From IMG/VR virus record IMGVR_UViG_3300021425_000021: a stretch of DNA of 20,000 nt. One strand, given 5' to 3'. Position numbers and translations under genes: made by a program. The number at the start of each line of letters is the position of its first letter. Position 1 is the stretch's first letter. Origin of the DNA: an uncultured virus (IMG/VR IMGVR_UViG_3300021425_000021) (lineage: Duplodnaviria; Heunggongvirae; Uroviricota; Caudoviricetes). This document shows, in pieces, positions 16,444 through 20,000 of this stretch. The notes below the pieces were generated by a model that saw only the letters and a program-made list of their open reading frames with translations, did no database searches and had not been told where the DNA came from.

Positions 16444-18701
16444 CCTGTCACTGTCCATCCCTTTGCGGTTGCAATTGTAGGATCATCATATAATCTGCCT
16501 CGGTTATTACTTATATTTATCGTTTTTCCGGAAACAGTAGGCAAATAAGTATAAAACTCATTGAGGCCTTCTCCGGTCATATAAAGTCTTTGTAAATATA
16601 TATTATTTGTAAATGTGGCCCTAAGTTTACGTAGTGCAAATGAATTTAGAAAAACCTGTTCATTATTAACCACTGAACTAAAATCACCTTTAATGTCATG
16701 AATTCTAGAGCGCCCGCCATACGTAGCGCCAGCAATTGCTAGTGAAGCTTCAGTTGCAAGTGGAGCGTTAAATTCTAGTTTTTCCATACTCATCGAATTA
16801 TAGAATGCATAATCTATTCTAGTTGCCTTTGGAACTGTTATTCGCATAGTCTTAAGACTATAGCAATTTTGAAATACTTGATTAAATGTTAAAACTTCTG
16901 GAATATTGTCAAATGCCACTGACTTAAGAGAAAAGCAATTTCTAAACGATCTATATAAGTCTTGTACAAGAGGAAGACTATTGTTTGTTATTTCTACTCG
17001 CTCTAAAGAATAGCAATCATACGCTAAATGATCTAGATCAGTAGCCGCGGCAAAGTTAAAATTAGGAAGAGTTTTAAGACGTCTCATGCCATAAAAAAGA
17101 TATCTAGCATTTCCGCCAGTGATTGCGCTTACATCAAAGACATCTATACTTTTCATAGATCGCGCATTCGTATAAGCTTGATATGCTGATATTGAGAGCG
17201 CAGATGAAGTTATAATTTTTGCTTTTTGAAGCATGTGACAGTCATTAAACATGTAATCTATTCTTGTTACATTAGGAATATTTATGTCATAGCGAATATT
17301 CTTAAGTGTATAGGCGTATCGAAAGCACTGATCTGTTTGAGTCACACTACTAAAATCAAAATAAGGAAGATTGCCCTTTAATCCAACATACTCAAAGGTT
17401 CTATGAAAAGTTGTATTAGAGCTCGTGTCATATGCTGGAATATGACATAAAGATCGCATATAGCCAAATGCTTGTTGAAAGCGTGTGACGCCGCTAGTAT
17501 TAAAATATGGAAGTGTAGATGCTTGTGTACTACCGTAAAAAGAATTATATAAATTAGTTGGAGCAGTATTATAACCTGGAACTGCCTGTAGTGAATAATT
17601 TTGGTTATGAATGCTTTGAATATCTACAGTACTTTGTAGATTTTTATGTGCCTCTACATTAACTCTTTTAATATTCATGCAGTTTTGAAAACAACTATGT
17701 AATCGTGAAATTTGACCATGTGAATCATAATTTGGTATTTCTCTTAAGCTAAAGCAATTTCCAAAATATAAGTATTGATCACCGGTAACTGTCCACGGAA
17801 GATCTGGTATATGCTGAATACTATAATTTTCATAGAACATTAGATTATTGCTAACACCAGAACCAGTGTATAAGCCAAATGTTAAAGATCTAAGAGAATG
17901 CATAGACCGAAAAACATCAGTAAAATGATTCGGTGAGCCTAAATGTACAGCATTCATCTTTTCAATTAAAAGAGGTTGAGCCTCATCACCATTAGACCCG
18001 TGATCAATATCTGTTGCGTTTGGTAAAGAAAACGCAATATCTCTAAAATTAGAAACGTATCTATATAGAGATAGGCTATGTTTAAGATCAGTCCTAACGC
18101 CAGTGATAATAGCATCTCCAACCGGAGTAATTGTTATTACAGCCTGCTTATATGGAAGAATTACACCTGTTCCAGACGCAATAGTAATAGGACTACCGCC
18201 TTCAGATAAAGCTAGTTGAAATGTATTTGATTGCGCATTTACCACATAGTAATAAACTAATCTTTCGATAGTACTAACTGAGCTTTCATAGAAAGATATA
18301 CGATCATCATTTGAATAGCCATGATTTGTTAATGTAACGGTATCAGAGCCAAACGTAACAGGTTTGTTTGTTCCATCTAGATTGCTATCATTATAATCAT
18401 ATGTATGTTCTGCGGTAGCATTCGAATTATATGTCTGAACGGTGCCATCTCCCCAATCAACTTGTGATTGGCCACCAGACGTAGTTACTTGGACTCGAAC
18501 ATGATTCATGGTCGTGTCTTCAATGCTCATAAGACCAGCATAAATTTCATCAGAGCTAGTAATAGTGGGCAAATCTAGCCAGTGTTGATTCCGTTGCCAC
18601 ACATCAACAATTGGATTTGGAGTCATGTCATAATAAGTATTAGTCGTTCTTTTAATAGAACGTTCTGAGCTTCTACATTTATGAAGCCGCTTAATACTCA
18701 T
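16440..18701 (-). CDS. BspA/DUF285-type leucine-rich-repeat protein with a PKD-like (DWGDG) N-terminal region; paralogue 1
   Basis: Repeats such as YFGNCFSLREIP, CFQNCMNIKRV, MFNDCHMLQKA, SFRNCFSLKSV and VFQNCYSLKTM; VDWGDG; LPYKQAVI; C-cap IATAKGWTVTG. Confidence 0.85.
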   Translation of the reverse strand: MSIKRLHKCRSSERSIKRTTNTYYDMTPNPIVDVWQRNQHWLDLPTITSSDEIYAGLMSIEDTTMNHVRVQVTTSGGQSQVDWGDGTVQTYNSNATAEHTYDYNDSNLDGTNKPVTFGSDTVTLTNHGYSNDDRISFYESSVSTIERLVYYYVVNAQSNTFQLALSEGGSPITIASGTGVILPYKQAVITITPVGDAIITGVRTDLKHSLSLYRYVSNFRDIAFSLPNATDIDHGSNGDEAQPLLIEKMNAVHLGSPNHFTDVFRSMHSLRSLTFGLYTGSGVSNNLMFYENYSIQHIPDLPWTVTGDQYLYFGNCFSLREIPNYDSHGQISRLHSCFQNCMNIKRVNVEAHKNLQSTVDIQSIHNQNYSLQAVPGYNTAPTNLYNSFYGSTQASTLPYFNTSGVTRFQQAFGYMRSLCHIPAYDTSSNTTFHRTFEYVGLKGNLPYFDFSSVTQTDQCFRYAYTLKNIRYDINIPNVTRIDYMFNDCHMLQKAKIITSSALSISAYQAYTNARSMKSIDVFDVSAITGGNARYLFYGMRRLKTLPNFNFAAATDLDHLAYDCYSLERVEITNNSLPLVQDLYRSFRNCFSLKSVAFDNIPEVLTFNQVFQNCYSLKTMRITVPKATRIDYAFYNSMSMEKLEFNAPLATEASLAIAGATYGGRSRIHDIKGDFSSVVNNEQVFLNSFALRKLRATFTNNIYLQRLYMTGEGLNEFYTYLPTVSGKTINISNNRGRLYDDPTIATAKGWTVTG

Positions 18702-19028
18702 TTAGACTATTTCTGAACCAAAGAGAGAAAAGGTGTTTGTTGCCTGATCACCATAAACTGAAACAACGTCTCCAGCAGATAGCGTAATTCCAATTGTAAG
18801 AAACACGCTATCGCGAGAATCTACCCAATTGTCATATACAATATAATGACTATCAGCAATTGACGCACCGCCCGGTCTAATCGCAACACGAAAAGAAGAA
18901 GTGTTCGCTCGTGAACACACTGCCAACGTTGAGCATACTGCGTTGGTTGCAGCCGGTACAGTATATAGATCAGTAAGCGTATTTGCGGCAGGAGCTACCT
19001 GACCAAGTATTTTATATGTTGTTGCCAT
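18702..19028 (-). CDS. Small beta-sandwich-like hypothetical protein (MATTYKILGQ...LYTVP type)
   Basis: 108-aa ORF coupled at both ends, with motifs TDLYTVP, YIVYD, GITLSAGD and FSLFGSEI. I recall this type from uncultured phage tail regions; not verified. Confidence 0.75.
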   Translation of the reverse strand: MATTYKILGQVAPAANTLTDLYTVPAATNAVCSTLAVCSRANTSSFRVAIRPGGASIADSHYIVYDNWVDSRDSVFLTIGITLSAGDVVSVYGDQATNTFSLFGSEIV

Positions 19029-19243
19029 TATGCACCCATAAGTAAGAACGAATGTAAATCATCACCGGATGGCCCGGTTGGTCCAGTAAGAGAATAACTC
19101 AAATCGTTCCATGTTGTTGAGCCATCGCCTATTTTAATTTGTCCAGTATCTGTATTAATACCAGGCTCACCCGCAGCTAGAACTGGATTAGCCGCGGCCC
19201 AGGTAGAAGCCGTATCTCTGCGTAATTGAATTCGTGTTGCCAT
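19028..19243 (-). CDS. Stand-alone Mtd_N-like (major tropism determinant N-terminal) domain protein
   Basis: IQLRRDTA..W...NPVLA.GE.G..TDT...KIGDG.T.WNDL.Y is the Mtd_N-type signature. It is followed only by GPTGPSG and FLLMGA*. Confidence 0.85.
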   Translation of the reverse strand: MATRIQLRRDTASTWAAANPVLAAGEPGINTDTGQIKIGDGSTTWNDLSYSLTGPTGPSGDDLHSFLLMGA

Positions 19244-19461
19244 TAATCTATGTCTCCATCCAATGTACTAAAATGAGACGCATTAGCATCTCCACCATCG
19301 TATATAATATCTTTATCATCATTATCAATAGCTCCGCCACCATGCGCTATTTCGGTTGTATTCGTACGCCAACGATTCTTTAGCGTTTCGAATTTAAAAT
19401 TAATACCACCTACAGTAACAATATCACCATCTAAAGGGTTAGAAGGAAAATCAATTGCCAT
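19243..19461 (-). CDS. Small hypothetical protein (MAIDFP type)
   Basis: Probable start is the ATG at 19461 (MAIDFPSNPLDGDIVTVGG...W); acidic C-terminus with YDGGDA...LDG; coupled to the next gene by TAATG. Confidence 0.7.
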   Translation of the reverse strand: MAIDFPSNPLDGDIVTVGGINFKFETLKNRWRTNTTEIAHGGGAIDNDDKDIIYDGGDANASHFSTLDGDID

Positions 19462-19651
19462 ATTGGTTAGCGTAGCTTTCACATGCTTTTGTCATGACAA
19501 ATTGGACATAATCCAAATCTGTGGCTTTATAGTCATCATGATCTTCTAGGACCTGATCTTCTTCTAAAGCTAGTGCATTATTATATGCATCGCGCGCTGA
19601 AGTCAATCCGGCTAAAAGATTATCTTCGGTAATAGTAATTGTAAAGTCCAT
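19451..19651 (-). CDS. Small acidic hypothetical protein
   Basis: 66-aa ORF with a strong GAGGA ribosome-binding site and TAATG coupling to the upstream gene. Confidence 0.75.
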   Translation of the reverse strand: MDFTITITEDNLLAGLTSARDAYNNALALEEDQVLEDHDDYKATDLDYVQFVMTKACESYANQYGN

Positions 19652-20000
19652 TATAGTTCCTCATTAGTAATAATTTCGAGATCATTCAGAGCTGCAACAT
19701 GATTTACATGAGCTGAACCCGTTAAAGTGTTTTCATTTATAATTGGGTCAGCGCTAACAATTAACGCTGATCTGATTGTATTTATCTGATCTTCTGTATA
19801 ATTTTCCAGCATCGCAAAAATATACTGATTGTAGATCGCCAGATCACTCTCGACCTGCTGCGCTTTAGTCTGAGCATTCGAACGTTCACGTACTGCAGCG
19901 TTGTAATCATTAATTGGTTTTCTAATGGCGGTTAGCTGTTCGTGGTAGGCAACCTTGTCAGCCTCGAAGGTTTCGCTTTCAGGGTCAGGATAGGTCAGGG
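19651..20000 (-). CDS. Hypothetical helical protein, 5' end outside the window
   Basis: Manual translation is open from the window edge: LTYPDPESETFEADKVAYHEQLTAIRKPINDYNAAVRERSNAQTKAQQVESDLAIY...LEIITNEEL*, with the stop at 19651-19653. Not in the ORF track. Confidence 0.75.
   Translation of the reverse strand, partial: LTYPDPESETFEADKVAYHEQLTAIRKPINDYNAAVRERSNAQTKAQQVESDLAIYNQYIFAMLENYTEDQINTIRSALIVSADPIINENTLTGSAHVNHVAALNDLEIITNEEL

Noticed and set aside
14116..19243. Diversity-generating retroelement suggested by Mtd_N plus variable LRRs
   Set aside because: No reverse transcriptase and no template/variable repeat pair differing only at adenines was visible in the window. One elsewhere in the genome cannot be excluded.
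1..20000. Stop-codon recoding
   Set aside because: Core genes are full length under the standard code, and TAA, TAG (gp8) and TGA (LRR paralogue 1) all end genes at sensible positions.
1..20000. Frequent TCTAGA/CTAG sites as a restriction-modification signal
   Set aside because: The excess looked modest by eye and cannot be separated from codon usage without a computed background.
1..20000. tRNA genes, structured RNAs or intrinsic terminators
   Set aside because: Intergenic gaps are under ~45 bp, and no convincing hairpin with a U-tract or cloverleaf was seen.

Overview
The window is a fragment of a T4-like (myovirus) phage genome, and every credible gene lies on the minus strand. In transcription order (high to low coordinates) there are three parts. 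(1) An accessory cassette of tightly coupled small genes, including a stand-alone Mtd_N-like protein, followed by two paralogous ~750-775 aa BspA/DUF285-type leucine-rich-repeat (LRR) proteins and a small acidic protein. (2) Baseplate wedge gp8, a VrlC/DUF4815-like structural protein that appears split into two genes, a small coiled-coil protein, a 772-aa repeat-rich fibre and a small putative tip protein. (3) Neck gp13 and gp14, tail terminator gp15, an inserted 162-aa orphan, small terminase gp16 and the 5' part of large terminase gp17, which the ORF track missed because it runs off the window. Four exact T4 late-promoter motifs (TATAAATA) were seen on the coding strand, three of them directly upstream of genes. 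The layout between gp8 and gp13 resembles environmental cyanophage/pelagiphage-type T4-likes more than T4 itself. The best leads are the LRR cassette with its possible chain of docking modules, the orphan carrying a T4 internal-protein-like KTFKEF motif at its C-terminus, and the VrlC fission with its own promoter and ribosome-binding site. All family assignments come from motif recognition by eye, not database searches.
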